The notes beneath the pieces were generated by a model. That model worked only from the letters and a program-made list of their open reading frames with translations. It was not told the DNA's origin and did not search any database. From positions 8,928,001 to 8,992,000 of the forward strand of contig CM022667.1 in the NCBI GenBank assembly GCA_012295275.1: 64,000 nucleotides of DNA, given 5' to 3'. The position numbers and the translations under genes were made by a program. Source of the stretch: Chrysomallon squamiferum (lineage: Eukaryota > Animalia > Mollusca). This document shows, piece by piece, positions 28,030-44,500 of this stretch (positions within the stretch are counted from its first letter, which is position 1; each line of letters starts with the position of its first letter).

Positions 28030-28511
28030 TTAACAAGAAAAATTATATACACATATAGGTGAAATAAATCCTTATTTGATCACATGTAATAAAACAAAAG
28101 ATTAAAAAATATATATATGAAAATTTTGCACGAAGATATATAAAAATAACAAGAAAAAATATGAAAAAAATAAAAAATAAAATTTAGAAAGAAAAAATAA
28201 TACTGACTTATCAGTATGCCTCTTAGCAGTGTGTTATGATACTAAAGATGATACTAAAGATACAGAGATAAAACTAAACACACCAAACACTGACTCATCA
28301 GAACATATAAACACTCATAAAGCAGTAACTGACTTAATGTATATCTATCTCTGCTCTGGGGTCAGTTTCAAAGATGATATCAAGTATCTGTTGATTAGGA
28401 AGCATTTAAACATAAAATGTAAATAAACGGAAGAGATCTAGAACTTCTGTAGGAATAGTTTACTTTAAATTTTGTTCATAGGTTTAAACAAAATAAATAA
28501 AAATAAATAAA

Positions 28512-28552
<41 letters not shown>

Positions 28553-29052
28553 AATATAAGAAGGAAAGGCAAAGAAAAAAAACCCAAATAAAAACAGGAC
28601 CAATGAAACATAATATTGTTCTTAAGGAAATTTCTAAATATAATAATCTTTTGTATATTACTACTCATCTGTTTCTCTCTCTATCCTGTCTTTTCCCTCT
28701 TTCTCCTTCTGTCTCTTTCTCACAGAACACAGAAGAAAGGGGACAGGGAAGTAACAAGAGACAGATGATACACACAGTATCAGTATGTTCATTTTACCAC
28801 ATTATCACATTACAACCATTAAGAAAAAAAAAGAAAAAAGACAATTCTTCAATATGGATCACATACCTTTTAAACCAGTCTTAAAAATGCTTTACCCCCA
28901 GACACAACAAGATGCAATATAACCTTGGCTGGAATGAAACAAGATCCTTCCACCTATTATCAAAAATATAACACCACTTCAATACATCTGGTGTCATTTT
29001 TCTTCCAAGCACACAAAATAGAGAGTAATAAATACATTTTTGCCAGAGTAAC

Positions 29053-29089
<37 letters not shown>

Positions 29090-31034
29090 CTGTCTAATAT
29101 TAATCTTGTAAAACAGTTATATGGTGATACAGACAGTTTAAATGTGTTCTCACTCTCTTACTTGTGACTAGTTTATCATTCATAGCCACTATACTGGCTG
29201 ATCATAACACATGACACTGTAATAAAAACTGTTTTTAAGTATCCCAATTTTTAAAATATATTTCAGGAGCTCAAAAAAAAAAAAAAAAAAAAAAATGGCT
29301 TATTTATGATTTGCTGATTATTTCTAAGTTAAACTTTGTAATTAGTTTAAAAAACTGAAATAGTTATCAGAACATTATTATTTTTTTTTTTTAAATATTT
29401 TTACAGATTTATTAAAATAAATTTACAGAAAAAAATGCCAAACATTTTGCCTGTTATACAAATAACCTTTTAAACTAATCAATCTAGAGTTAATGAACAC
29501 TCATTTTAAGACACCAACCCACCTGGGGGGAAAGTTTAATTAATTAATCTTTAATCATTAAAATTGATTAGAAATTTCAGTTTAGCATTACGTTTTGATG
29601 GATATCATTTCTCCTAGTAACTTTCTGGTCAGGCCTTTAATCTTAACTGAATTCAGTTCTTGAAGAAATTAATCCCAAATTTTACACACACACGCCATTT
29701 TTACCTCAAGAATATACATACATATATATATTAAATAGGCCAAAATGAGGTCTTGATGTCAGACCAATTCCATCTGCAAAATGCTGTGACCAATTCTGTT
29801 TTGCCTTGCACATCAGTGACTATCTTTCTTCTGTTCTAACTGGTTCAAGTTTTAGAAATGCATAGAGAGAACACTTACAGCCAAACATTGTTCTACTAAT
29901 TTTATTTCTATTTGAGTAGAATTTTCTAGAGAAAAACAGAGCAGAAAACAGGTATTTCAAAAAAAAAACCAGCCAGTAAATTTATGAAAATGATTGTAGT
30001 CTTTCTTGAAACCTTGATATCACTTTAGTTGAGGTAATTTTCTTGATGTATGGGAAATTTTGTGTCAGTTGGTTTTGTGAGAACCTGTCTTTTTTTAAAC
30101 AGAGAATTGCAATAGGTACAAAATCATACTTTCCACTAATGGGGTCTACTTGTGTTACAGAATGTCATTGTTTGTTTGTTTGTTTTCAAATTTTCCAGAA
30201 TAAAACTGTTTCACTTACTTAATAATATCATCATAATCTACTGAGCACGAACTGTTTTCTACCTTCTGGAAAAATTTGTATGATTAGGCAGTAAAGAATG
30301 CAAACAAACATCTGATCAAAATACTGCCATTTGATTCGATGTTTATTTTACTTCCACTTGAAGGCATTCAGTGTTTTTCTGTCTGTATGTGTGTGCAAAT
30401 GAGTGGTTGCTTCTTTTCCTACATTTTGACGATTTTTGCAAATGTTACCTCAAGCTACTTTTTGATTTTTTTCATTCTTAGAAAAAAATGATTACTTTAA
30501 CTGAGAAACTCCCAGAAAAATTGCACACTTTTCCCCTGTATGTCTGTGTTTAAAAAATGCCTGGTTTTTCAATCAAATGAAAAAAACATCTTAACTTTTA
30601 CAGTAAACATCTTGTTACCAGTATAAATGTTTTATTGTTGGTTTTAAAAAAAAATCTTTTGAAGAATAAAAAATAAAACAAGAATAACTTCAATTTTTGT
30701 TCTGACTTACCCCAACACACACACTTAACTTTTCTTGAGCAGTATATTTTGTAGTCGACAGGAGAGAGATCAAAGTTCAGAGATAATTATTACTAAGACA
30801 ATGAATACTACTTGATATAGTCACCTACTTCTCAAGTGTAATAATCAGTGTATGACACAGGAAGCAAACTGTTAAAATAATAATTAGCTTTACTGATATA
30901 TCTGATATATATTATTTGAAATTATTACTAAGAAAGAGAATAATAAATAAATAACTAAATAAATAAAATAATATAACATAACATAACATAAAATAAAATA
31001 AAATAAAATAAAATAAAATAAAATAAAATAAAAT

Positions 31035-31065
<31 letters not shown>

Positions 31066-31907
31066 TATAAAATAAACAACAAGAAAAGAACTAAATTTCC
31101 ATACTGTAATAATCTGCACATTTTTCTTTATAACCAAGATGCAATATTCTATCTCTTGTTAATGACTGTTCCATACAATTTCAGAAGCTGAAGTTAAAAC
31201 ATTTGCAGTACCAATTTAAACATATATAATAAAAATATGTTTAAATTTTAAATTTGTTGTAACTTGTTATTATTTTGCAGTAAATTTAAAACTATATATT
31301 ATATACTACACATACAAAAAACTTTTTAAACAGACCTGAATATATAAACTGATGTAGTCCTAATAACATGAATTATTAATGCTGTATACAATAGTGAAAT
31401 TACCTATGTACTGCATACCAGGTATATTATTAGTCACACTATTATAGAATATCAGTAATATGCCCATATAATAAATTTATTAAACTGAAAATCTTCCCTG
31501 CAAAGCTGGATCCTGTGTTATCTTCAGAAATATTGAATAATCTAGTTGTGGTAGGATGCTGCTATATTGGGTACACTATATAATCACAACATTTTAACTA
31601 ATTACTGATGTACATGGTATTATGTTGACTAATAAAGTTTAAAAAATAAAAAACACACCTTTATCCAGAATATTTTGAACTGGAAGTATTTCGAAATTTT
31701 TCAGGTTTTGAATGTAAGCCTAAAAGGTAATTCCATTTATATCTCATACACAGCTTACAGAAAATGTTTTAATATGATATTTTTTAGTAATTTTGAGCAT
31801 AAAATAAACTTTGTGTATGCAAATCAATCTGAAAACTGTAAAATATCATTATTTCTTATGCTCAGAAAAAATTTCAAAATTTCATAATTCCAGATTAGGG
31901 ATCCTCA

Positions 31908-31961
<54 letters not shown>

Positions 31962-33404
31962 CTGTAACCAGTCTGAATTAAACACCTAATGCTAGAAAAT
32001 GTATCAAGCAAAACTGTTTTAATTTTGTTAACCAAAATCAATTACTTACCTGTCGTACTAAACAGCCCAGCAATGTACAAGATCTACTTTTTATAGAAAC
32101 TTTTACAACATTACAATAGGAATTGCTGAAAAAAAAACCCAAAAAAACCACCAAGATAAAATCTACATTTTACACTAAATTCCTGGACCAGTTCTTGAAC
32201 TACAACAGAATTCCATCATGTCTTCAACAAATATTTTTCTGAAAATTAATTAATATTTTTCCTCATTTTCTGATCCACACATAAAATAGCTTGAGATAAA
32301 AAAAAAAAAAAAAAACAGACAGTTTCAACAAAGATCTCATATACAGTCTGGACTCAACAAAATGTCAAACTCATTAATTTGATAATGAATTTTTGTTTCT
32401 TCTACAAAAAAAACAGTATATATATATATATATGTATATATATCTCAGAACACAGCAAGGTAATTAAGGCCTATGCTTTCAAAATAAGAGTGAAATTAGT
32501 TACAGCACTTTCTACTTACATGAACTTCATTTTCACTCAGCTTAATGTTTACCTGTGATAAACGGTTATAATAATTACTAGAAATATGAAACATTACTGG
32601 ATCAATCTTACTTAGTTCGTGTAGTGGACTATTGATTAACATAGCCAAAGACCTACATTAACATTTACTAATGCTAAAAGACAGATACTATCCATTTTTC
32701 AAATGACATTAATACACTGATTCACATAGAGAAAAACATATACAGACACAAATGTTAAAAACCCATTATATACATATCATGATATTGTTCCTAAACAAAT
32801 AAAGACGTCTGGATATGAAATAATTTATATTAGTTATCAAATGTCAGAGGCATAAAATTAATGTTTTATTAGTATTACTTTTTTGTTATTATTATTATCT
32901 ATTTATTATGGTTTTTTTTAAATAAAGAAAGACAATCTTTTTCATTGCTGTTATAATATTTATTTATTTATTTATTATGTTCTTTAAGAAAAGAAACGTT
33001 AACCTTTTTCTTTCTTACTTTTTCAAGTATTTGATCTGTTTAAAAACAAACATTTCAGCAGACTCTATAAACCTGTTCTGACAATAAAATCAACAAAAAC
33101 TTGCACCTGTAAAAAAGTAAACTAGCACTAATCACCTGATGACTGCTACAGAATGTTTACACAACACTAAAACTGCATTGATTGCCCCCAGCTGTTGTTA
33201 ATGTTTCCTCAGTGAAAGACACGGTGACACGTGTAGCTGTGACTAATGACATCTTACATCAAACAATGCTGTGCGTGTGAGAGAACAACAGGTTGGTTAC
33301 CTGAGTCAGGTGTAACAATTAACAAGGAAATCGTTAAACACAGTCTCTGAACAACTATTTGGTAACAAAATTATACCATCTACTACAAACTTGTTTAAAG
33401 TCAC

Positions 33405-33486
<82 letters not shown>
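33405..33486. repeat. (AAT)n microsatellite
   Basis: Perfect trinucleotide run; source of the poly-Ile ORFs. Confidence 0.95.
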
Positions 33487-33488
<2 letters not shown>

Positions 33489-36400
33489 GATAGAGATTAA
33501 TGGGCAATTAATATCATTCATACCTACAAATGTCGTATTCAAACGAAATAGAAGCACAAATTATTGTTTACTATTAATAATAAATTCGGTCTACAAAGAA
33601 TCTACAATGTATTGTGATAATATTTTAACTTGAAAAAAGTGACAGCAATCAAAATGCTATTAAATCTGAAAAGACAACTAGAGGATATTCCATATGACAT
33701 AGAGAGAGAGGGTAGATTATTATTAAGAGTAGAATTCTGTTTACAAAGAACTGATAACATATCCAAGTTTGACAAGTTGTTTCTTTTTTATAGTTACTTA
33801 TATGTTTGACAGCAATAAATAAACAATTACAAGCCATTGGCAGGATTATCTCATTAACCGAGTTTGATATAACTGACTATCTTTTGTAATAAAATTTGTT
33901 TACAAACCACTTTCAGAACCTGTTAGTCTGGTTAAAAACAACTGAAATGAATCAATGTCACACTCACACATGACAAATGTGGGTAATTAACATCACAGCA
34001 ACATTACCACACTAAGCCAATTAGATACATGACAGTTTGCTTTTAACAATAAACAAATTATACAGTTTCTGACAACATCCATGGCTTACTAGTGACAAAA
34101 GAGATGAATAGGCCATTGATGTCACCGAGCTGAACCTACACATTACCTCAATAAGCCAGTTAGATTATAGAGAAAAAGTGTTTAACTTTGTTTATCTAGT
34201 ACCTGGGTCAAACTAATACACCACTGTGTAACACAACAGTTTGTAACTGGTGGGCTAGACAAGTGAAATTCACTGGATCACATTGATCATAACAGTAATG
34301 GAGTTAATCCAGATATAAGCTGAAGATCCAGAGACAAAAAAAAAACACACAACAAAAGAAAACTTACACAAACTTTCACACACTTACAAACACATGTGTA
34401 CACACAAAAACTATGACCAATACACTATAAAATAACTGAGCAAGGAGAAAATGAAAATTAATGGCTAATCATAATAGAGTTAATCCAGAGATAAACCTGA
34501 GATTATTCATCGTATACACAGGTCAGTTTATCATGACCTTAGATTGATATAGGTAAGAAACCGTAACTTTAGATATAAAATACAATTGGATTTTTTTTCT
34601 TATTTTTTTCTTTAGCAAGTTCTTCATTCATTAATGCATGCACTGCTGTAAATCAAAACCTTTGCTGATTATTTTCTGCAGCAACACAAGTGTTCCACTG
34701 TTACAGTTCTAAAGTGCAATTCAAGTGTCAACTCTTTGTCAGTGACAAAATGAAGTTCTCTAAACTGACATTTGAATAACTATTCAAGTGTGTGATTTAA
34801 AAAGTACAAAACAACTTGTATTCATTTTTCTAAATTGATTCAACATATCGTTCATTAGCAAGAAAAATCTCAACTTTTTTTTATATGTATATAATAAACA
34901 GCTATTTTCTAGTGTATAAAAAAATTAAAATAAAAATAATATAAAATAATGAGCATATGAAAATACTGTGTGAAATGATATTAAATGAAGCATAAAAGTG
35001 ATAAATGTACTTTTATTACCTTAGTATCTTCATTATAATATCATTTGCAAATCTCATATTCATTATTATGTACAGCATACAAAACAATGGAATATCTTTA
35101 TATAACTTAATTATGTATATGTATATATGTATATATCAATATATGTATATGTGCTTGTTTGTGTGTATGTATATATGTGTTTGTAAATAATACAACATTA
35201 CGGTAACACAACAGAAAATATGTAACAGTATACCAACAGAAAAAGTACCCAGTTATTAAATGAATCTTCCAAACTCATTATTACCTTCTGCAACACAGAA
35301 GAAAATGTATTAACAGTCTCCTTTGCTTTTTATTTATCCCATAATTTCTTCACAAGTTGTGTCTCATACATTCTACAACACAGCAGAAATGTATCCCAAT
35401 TTATCTTCCATCATACAACCTGTTTGTTTACAGAAAATGTACTCAAATTAATACTGGTATGCTCTGAACACTATATTCATTTTTTTTTTTTGTATACCAA
35501 CAGAAAAACAAAACATTCCAATTATCATCCATAATCTTCCAGTACAAAACACTTTTTCAAAAACACAGCAGAAAATGAACTCAAATTGTTGCATGTATCT
35601 TCAAATATACAACATTTTTTTTTGGGATAATCACATACAGATGGTTTTTCTGCAGATACCCATCTATCCACTGTCCTAGATGGATTTTGATGCTAACACA
35701 GATGCAGCATTTGTGCTGTGGTGAAAGCAAATGCTTGATTATCAGACATTAGTTCCAGGCCGGTGAAGCATGACCTTGCAGGCAGTGGTTGGTTTTGCTC
35801 ATTTTTAAATGTTGTGTTAACACACCATGCATGTGCCAACCTTCCGAAACGTACCACGCTGATGAAATTTGTGTCTGAACTGATGTGATGTAATCGTGTT
35901 GATGATATTTATATGTTTATTGATACAAGCACGTTGATGTGGCTATGTATATAATGAGGTGATATAACTGTATTATAAAGTGCTATTAGCAGCTGATTAC
36001 TGAAATAGGTGGCTACTGTATGATGATGTAAAAAAAAAAAAAGATAAGAAAATATCTATAGATATAATATATGAAATGATAAACAAATGAAATAAGAATA
36101 AATGAAGAAAATTAGTGATAATAAGAATAAAAATAACAACAAAGAAAAAGAAAAATGCAATGCAAATAAAGGAGGAATAAATTATAATGTTATTATGTAA
36201 AATTTGTAAAGTAAAGAAAGAAATGAATAGCAAAAAAAAAAAAAAAAAAAATTCTTTAAAAATAATAAATAAAGAAATACAGTAGAAGCCAAACAAATTG
36301 GGATTGTTGAGGATTTTAAAAATGAAATTTAAGGAGGAATAAAAATAGAGATCAACAGGTTAAAAAATAACAAAAGCCCAAAGATACAGGAATTTAAAAT

Positions 36401-36670
36401 TAACAATGGAATGATGACTAAACACAAAAACAGCATCTAAGAAACCACAAAGGAGAGAAAAACAGAAGAAAAGAGAGGTACATACTATCAGCTCTGTGTC
36501 ACAATTCAAAAGAATAAAGAAGAAAAGAATATAATTTTGATATTTAAAATAAAATATGATACTAACTGAAACTGCAAAATTTAAATGAGTAAATAATAAT
36601 AAATAAAAATAAAATAAAATAAAATAAAATAAAATAAAATAAAATAAAACAAAACAAAACAAAACAAAAC

Positions 36671-36701
<31 letters not shown>

Positions 36702-37303
36702 GATTTTTTTTTTTTTTTAAATACTTCACTGGTGGGTATCAAACAATCTGTATTTAAAAAAATGAAGAATTGTTAAACAACCCTAAACGACAAATGGCAT
36801 AACTAATCCCAATACTGAGTCAACAGTGAGGAATTTAATACCAATGACTATAACAAAACAATATCATATCCTCTGACATCTCAACCACCCCCTCACATAC
36901 TTTAACCTCTTCACTGTGTGGCTGTAGCCTTTTTCAGTGGCAAACACCAGAGCTATGGTAGAATGGCCAGGAGCTGTAGAGAACTAAGAAAATGTGCTGT
37001 GATATGCCGTGCAGGAACTCCCAAGTACTGCAGTCACAATAAGGGTTACACAAAGCACAGGGATCTTGTTACTAACAAACATAACATTTAAAAAAAAAAG
37101 ATTATCTTCAGTTATGTTTTTAAAAAAAAAGTTTAAAAAAAAAGTTAAATAATTTTAGAAATGTAGCAATAATTAAATAATAATAATAAAAAAAAAAAAA
37201 AAAATTAAAATAAATACAGGCCTATATAAAATAAAATGCAAATGAAAATAATAAATAAATAAATTAATAAATAAATAAGTAGGTAAGTAAATAAGTAAGT
37301 AAA

Positions 37304-37339
<36 letters not shown>

Positions 37340-38480
37340 TAGATACATACATAAATAAATAAATAAATAGGTATGTAGGTAAGTAAATAAACAAACAAAC
37401 AAACAAACAAACAAACAAATAAGTAAATAAAATAAAGAAAAAGTATTTTAAAAAGTATTATCAGGTACATATTTATATATTGTTTCAGGAATAACTTTTA
37501 AACTCATTATAAACTTGACTGGCAAGGTATGTACAGGTATCAACAACAAACAGGTGTGTTCAAGTAAACCTAAAACGAGTGAGATACGTCAGCACATGCA
37601 AAACACTTGTCTGGAATTTATTCTATTTATAGTCTCGTGTGAATGACTTAGTTCAAAGAGAAGAGAGAGTTAGAAACAAACACACATATATACGTTACAG
37701 ATTGTTTTATAATTACACAAACATACAAAAATGTACGTTACTGCTTCTGTTTTGTAATTATATAAACATACATAAATGTGTGGCCAACAAAACTTGTTAG
37801 TAAATCACAAACACACTAATAAATAAAATTACACACAGTATTTTATCTATCCAATTATAAATTATATTTTATAATATCAAACAGCATTTATACAACAACA
37901 ACCAATACGCAGGCAAAAAAACAGAATGAACCAACATTAACATTTTTATACATATCCAGGTGAACAGCAATAAAAACACGTACGGCACTATTTGCTAACA
38001 TAAAATTAATGAATGTTAATATTTCTTTTTTTCCCAGGTAATGGAAGCTAAAAGGAATCTGTGCAATGTGATCATCAGCACCATTAACTGGACAGTGTTA
38101 TCTGCTGATAACTGGATAAAACCTGCTGACGGCGTATCTAACTAGAACCCTGAGTGGTAAGTGCCATTAACAACACTTTTTTAATGTTGCAGTTACGAGG
38201 TGTAATGTGGAAAGTTTTGTAATAGGTTGACACGATACAGGTAAATCCATTTTTAATTAAAAAGCCAGTGACATATTTTACATTCACCTTCCTAGAAAGA
38301 TTAAAAAAAATAAAAAAATAAAAAAGAAGAAAAACACCAAACAAACAAAACCCTGCATACTTTCATCGTTGATGTTTTAGTGGTTATTAAACTGTAAAAA
38401 TATGTGAATAAAGCAGAGAAAACTGTAACAACTAATGATTTTAATAACTAAACTTCAGCTCATATATATATATATATATA

Positions 38481-38531
<51 letters not shown>

Positions 38532-41500
38532 AAATACTAATATACTAACAAAATATTTAAATTAGAAAATATATTTATTTCTCAATTCGTATACATTATT
38601 ATAACATTTAACTTCTTAACTTCAACATTAGCCAAGTAAAATATTTAGGATCTTAACTTCAATATCTGACAATTAAAACATTTAAGTTCTTAACTCCTAT
38701 GGTTAATTAAGATATTTAATAATTTACATTTAACATTCTAGTACTGTACCTTTATCTCATCAACATAATATTCTTGACACATAACAACATATTATTTCCA
38801 AGCAAGAAGAAATAAATGAAACTCCTGGGTATACAGCATCAAGTAAACACAGTTACACAACAAAGTCAGACAAGTGATCTAGAACAGGTCAAAGCCCTCC
38901 ACGTTGAAGTACGTCTGTTATGTCTATATATCTACAGGTAAGAACACTGTACACAGACACAAAACACATAAACACAGCATTCGTGTCCATGCAGCTTTGA
39001 ATACATCACCCACTGTACACCCACCTAATACAATTATAGGAGTCTCCGTTCAGAACAAAGGGAGAGACACCGTTTGGAGTAAGAAAATTCAGTTAATGTG
39101 GTATCAAGAGAAGTGTTTGAATAATAGATGTTTAATGCAGATAGGTCTGTATCTAAGGACAGCGTGCTCCTCCTGGAGACGGCTTTCAATAGGTACATGT
39201 GTATACATTTGTAGCAGAACGTTTAGCAGTGCTGGTTCAAACAAATAAAGTGTGCAAGTTGAACAGTACATTCCGGTTCATAGCCCGTTGCAATATCAAC
39301 TTACTGAAAAATGACTTTTGTGTGTGATACACACACACATACACAAAAGATACAGACCTATTAATTGCTGATTCACTGTTAACAATTACTTCTAGCCTTG
39401 CTTTTAATACTTTTCACTGTATATTATAAATGTAAATAAATGATATAAATATGTATATTTTTATATGAGAAACAGATGTGCATTAAGTAGAATAGTTGTT
39501 AAACCATGATGACTGGTTCTAAGACTGATACCAATACTGTCTACAACTAGAAAAATTAAATAGAGATTTGTTAGACCTACATACGATTACCTAACATACT
39601 AACACTGCTTGGAAAGATAACCATATGTATCTATATAATGTGCATGTGTTCTGTGTGTGTGTGTGTGTCTGTGTATGTGTGTATGTGTGTGTGTGTGTGT
39701 GTGTGTGTCTGTGTACTAGGAATTACTGGTTACTGTATTAAGAGATCAACTTTATTCTGCAAAGGTAATAATGACAACTATACATACACACACTAAACAT
39801 CTCACTGTCAGTGCTTATAAACATGTTTTAAATGGATGTTTAACTAATGGTACCAAGCATCAAAATGACAAACCAAGTATCAAATACATGAATGTGTAAG
39901 CTTGACATGCACCAGTGAACTATATGTTTTCTTCCTTTTTTTTTTTTTTTTTTAAGCTGTAGGAATCAGACGAAACTAAGCAACTTCCAAAGTCCAAAGT
40001 AAAAAGAGTTGTTTGTGGATCTAAAAGATGTAAACTGCCAGAGTATGTCAGTGTTTATCACTTCAAAGTGCACTTGTTACAAACACTTCACACATTCTCT
40101 ACATGCTATGGCAGACATACTTGTGTTATTAAAATAAAAAAAATCTGAATAAATTTACACCATTTGTTTATGATCTAGAACCAACCAAAACAGAAGATAA
40201 AATTAAAATTAATAATTACCTTGTTGAAACAAAAAAAATATTGCAGGCTATGTGCAAAACAGCCAATACATAAAGAGTTTAGAATCAGAATAAAAGTACA
40301 CAACAACAATAAAACCCCCCAGCTTATTGGCTATAAATAGCTTGATCACCATTATAAAAATATTTTAAAAAACTTGTTATCAGAGTTATACTGACACAGA
40401 ATAATTTCCCTCAACTGAAATGTCTAATTTTAACCATATATGTAAAATAAAATAAAAAAACATATTAATTGTTTTTAAATTATATTATAATTTTATTATA
40501 TAATTATAAACATACAGTTAATAATGAAATTGGAATAAAAAAATTAATCTCAATAACAATTTTAAAAAATCACATAGAAACAGTAAAATGAAGAAGAAAA
40601 AACCACACAATTGTACACAAATATAAGCCTCCCACATTGCAAAATATCTGTTGTGATGTTGGTTTTAGTTCAAGATAGAATGTGTCCCATTTTATTAATA
40701 ATTAAAAATACACTACAAATTATTTGTCAATCAGAACTAAACACTGGAATGTTTACCCAGTCATTTTGAGTGAACTCATTCAATAAACAATGTGTAAAAC
40801 CAGTGGAGTTTTAAAACCGTACTGTTTCCACTAAGATAACCATTAACCACACTGGGTCTGTCGACTAATTATCATTTATACTGAAATGTGTAGATCACAT
40901 TCATTCATTCATTAAACAAGAGAATTGATGGCAGCTGCAAGTCAGAGAAAAAAAAAAAAAGCCTCAGAAATGATGGATTGCAAAATCAATATTCCTCAAT
41001 GCACTATTTTGTCTGCTTCCTGTTCTTGACAATGTTCTGTAACTGATAAATCAATGATTGGTGTACATATCTTCCTGTCTACGGAAAGGTACATACAAAA
41101 TATTACTTACTGCTAACTGGTAACTCAGTGTATAAAAACCATGACTTATGTGATAATTATTATTGTAAACAATTATTATTTTCATTGAGGATCTAAGAAT
41201 ATTTAAAAAAACAAAAACACAAGACAAAATATATTACAAATTCATAAAAATGTCAATATTGTTAAGCCAAATATTACTAACTATAATTATTATTATTACA
41301 AAAAGAACTTGAGAACATTTACTTGGCAACACTAAAAACATTATAATATTAGATTATAAATGAAAGAGCATATTGTCTATCATTTCAGTGTATCAGAGTA
41401 ACAGCTGGTGAGGTTTCACTTGTCCTTACAGACACAAGTGGAAAACGCATAAAATAAAAACATAAAGAAACTATATTCTCATTTCCATTTTGTTATTACA

Positions 41501-44500
41501 GCATTTTGCAATACATGTGAACAGAGAAACAATCTGAATGGACTAACTTCACTAAGGCAGATATATGATGTCAAATACACTGAAATGTTAGTAATTCCCA
41601 CTAAGAAGGAATGATCACTGGCTGATCCACTCACTAGTCTACCACTAACAGACTTAAACCCTAGCACTGAGTAAACTTCGTCAGAGACTTAATCAGTCCA
41701 GATGCTGTGTGAAAAACAGGCTCAAAGCTAGCCCAGGATTTTTCTCAGTGCATCTGCCAATAATTGAACAAGTTTATTAATCTCTGTCTGAAAGGGTACT
41801 GGAGCTAAAATCCATATGTTTAATAAATTCAGTTATGAAGCCGTTTTTGTTCCAGTAACATGAAGAAATTAGGAAGCATATGTGCTTCAAAGGAACAAGA
41901 GCCAAACTTTATGGAAATTGACCAGGATGTCAGGATAGGATGGAAGTTGATGGACCATGATGTGCAGAATAGTTGTTCTTCTTGTATTAATAAAAACAAC
42001 ATAATAAATAAATAAATAAATAATCAAAAAAATTAAAATAAAGAAATAATACTAGGTTGCTAAGTATTAAAATTCTAACAAAATATATTATAGTTATTAT
42101 TCAATGATACAACCAACTAAATTGAACTGTTGTCGTAAAGCATCAGAATTATTGCATGTTACAGGAAAAACACAATTAATCTTTGTGTTTATAATGGACT
42201 ATCAGAAGCTATGTAATGATTCTTAAATATTTTTTTTTCAGTCTGCTGTAAGAATAAATAATGTGGTTAAAAACAAAATCAGACTGGCAAGTTAACATTG
42301 TATTTTAAAATGGTTTTCTACACCTTCCAATGCATTTGCTTATAGACACCTGATCATTGTTCAATCAAATACAATTGAAATTATCTGTTTTTATCATTAA
42401 CTAAATGCATATAAGATTATCACCCTGTCCTGATCAAGGTGCGGAAATAAACTGTAACTGATCACAGATATATTACAATAAAGAATATGCACAGTAAAGA
42501 AAATTATTGCTGATTTGTAGTTGACTGACATGCAATTAACTTGTTGACTTTACAGTTCATTAAATTTGGACAAAGGAAATTATGTATATATATATATATA
42601 AACTTGGGTTAAGGTATGGTTATGTATATACATGATATCAACAGTTAACAAACAACAGATCAAATGACTGGTATATATTCGCATTTAAGAAAAAGATTTT
42701 CATCTGGATTTTTAAGTTTTTGGTATTTTTTTTTCCATTACAGCCGAAGTAATTTAAAATTTCATCATGGTTTGTTCTGGACAGAGTCCAAGTTATACTG
42801 ACTGTCAGAGACAGGAAATAAATTAAACCTGTTGTTGTATGACCAATGACTCAATGAGTTGAAATACATTTTACAATCTTCAGTTTGCAGTCCAAATAAT
42901 AATCAAAGCAGGACACACGAAAGAAAACACATTAGAGGATGAATGATCTTTTCTGTTGTTGTCACATGAGTTCAGATCCAAATATGTGAAAAAAATATCA
43001 ACAGCAGTATAAAAAAATAATCCTATTAATATTATTTGTAAATTAAATAATTTACTTAATGTTTATAGTAATTTTCTTTATTTTTCATTATATAAATGTC
43101 ACAATTTTTTTTATTAAAACATAACCCTGAAGGTAATTACCGACATATTTACTTGGTATAAACAGATCTACTCATATATAAGATCAGAACAATTAGTTTA
43201 AAATAGGCTATACAGAATGCAATTATATACTATTTTTGATCGGTGTTTAGATATTTAAAATAAAATTTTCAGAATAATCTTAAGTCATTCTTGTCACTAT
43301 AATGTGAAACTGGAGCACTCTATTTTGTATAATTTATATGAAATATTAAAATGATTTCATTACATGAGTTTAAATCACAGCAAATAACAGGAATGAAAAT
43401 TAATGTGAGATATTTGATTTATTTAATAATAATTAGTTGATATATTTGTCAAGATACAAATTAACAAAGCCATAATATAAAATAATATTCAGTGACAAAT
43501 ATACGTGAAAATAACAGTAATACACTAATAATATTAATCCTTATACAAGAGTACTTAAGTTCATTTGAAGTTACCAGTAAGCCCAACTAATGAATACGTT
43601 ATAATATTTATTATTTATTTGCAACCCACGCATCAAAACCATTCCCTCGAATCACTGTAAGTATCAGACGACAAGTCATTCCAGAGTTACTGAGTACTCA
43701 GTACTGTGGTATCACAGAAAAATGAGAAAGAAAAATTAATTAATGTTGGGAGAGAAACCCTACAGGTGGTTCGCGACGTTTTAGCCACAACTACAACGTA
43801 GGACTGCTTTAGTTTAAATCTTAGTGCTGTTTAAAATGTTTAATAATAAAGAGAATGTTATTTCGAATCTGACAGATTATTTTACGTAGTAAGTACTTAC
43901 ACAGCTACGGTACGTTCCTTTCCATCTGATCAGATACGAGGACGTAGACTGAACACTATTGTTTAATACGCTGTTATTATTTTACATTACCTTTTGGAAG
44001 AAACAGTCCATCATTTGTTCTTTCGGTTAATTCCATCACAATAATATGGAGCACTAATATTTATTCTAAAGCTCTACATATTTATTAATTGAAAATCTTA
44101 AAACTTATATACAACATAAGTCAGTTAGTATTCAGAACAAAATATGTCTACATTATTTTTTTTTTTATTTACTAGAACTATTTCTCGAAATAAAATATAC
44201 GAGAAACAGTCTTAATGGTTTGCAAAGCGAGAAACTAAAAACGTATTTAAATAGAAACAAATACAGGAATACCGATCTTTATCATAAAAATGCTAAAAGA
44301 AAAGAAGATCAAAATTTTTAAAGTTTTAAAATAAATGCAAATATTTAAGACATATTAAGAAAAACGGCTTACGTCTTATAAAAAGACAGTAACAGATTCT
44401 GACATATAAAACAAAAGTGAATGATGAAGATCCATAACATTATTATAATTATTATCTTCTGGCAATATTTACAAATAATTAACTAAGAAACCAGCTTTTA

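Noticed and set aside
35840-35880. CGAAACGT...CTGATGA hammerhead-ribozyme-like core
   Set aside because: Only ~5 nt are available for stem I in this permutation and no stem II pairing is evident.
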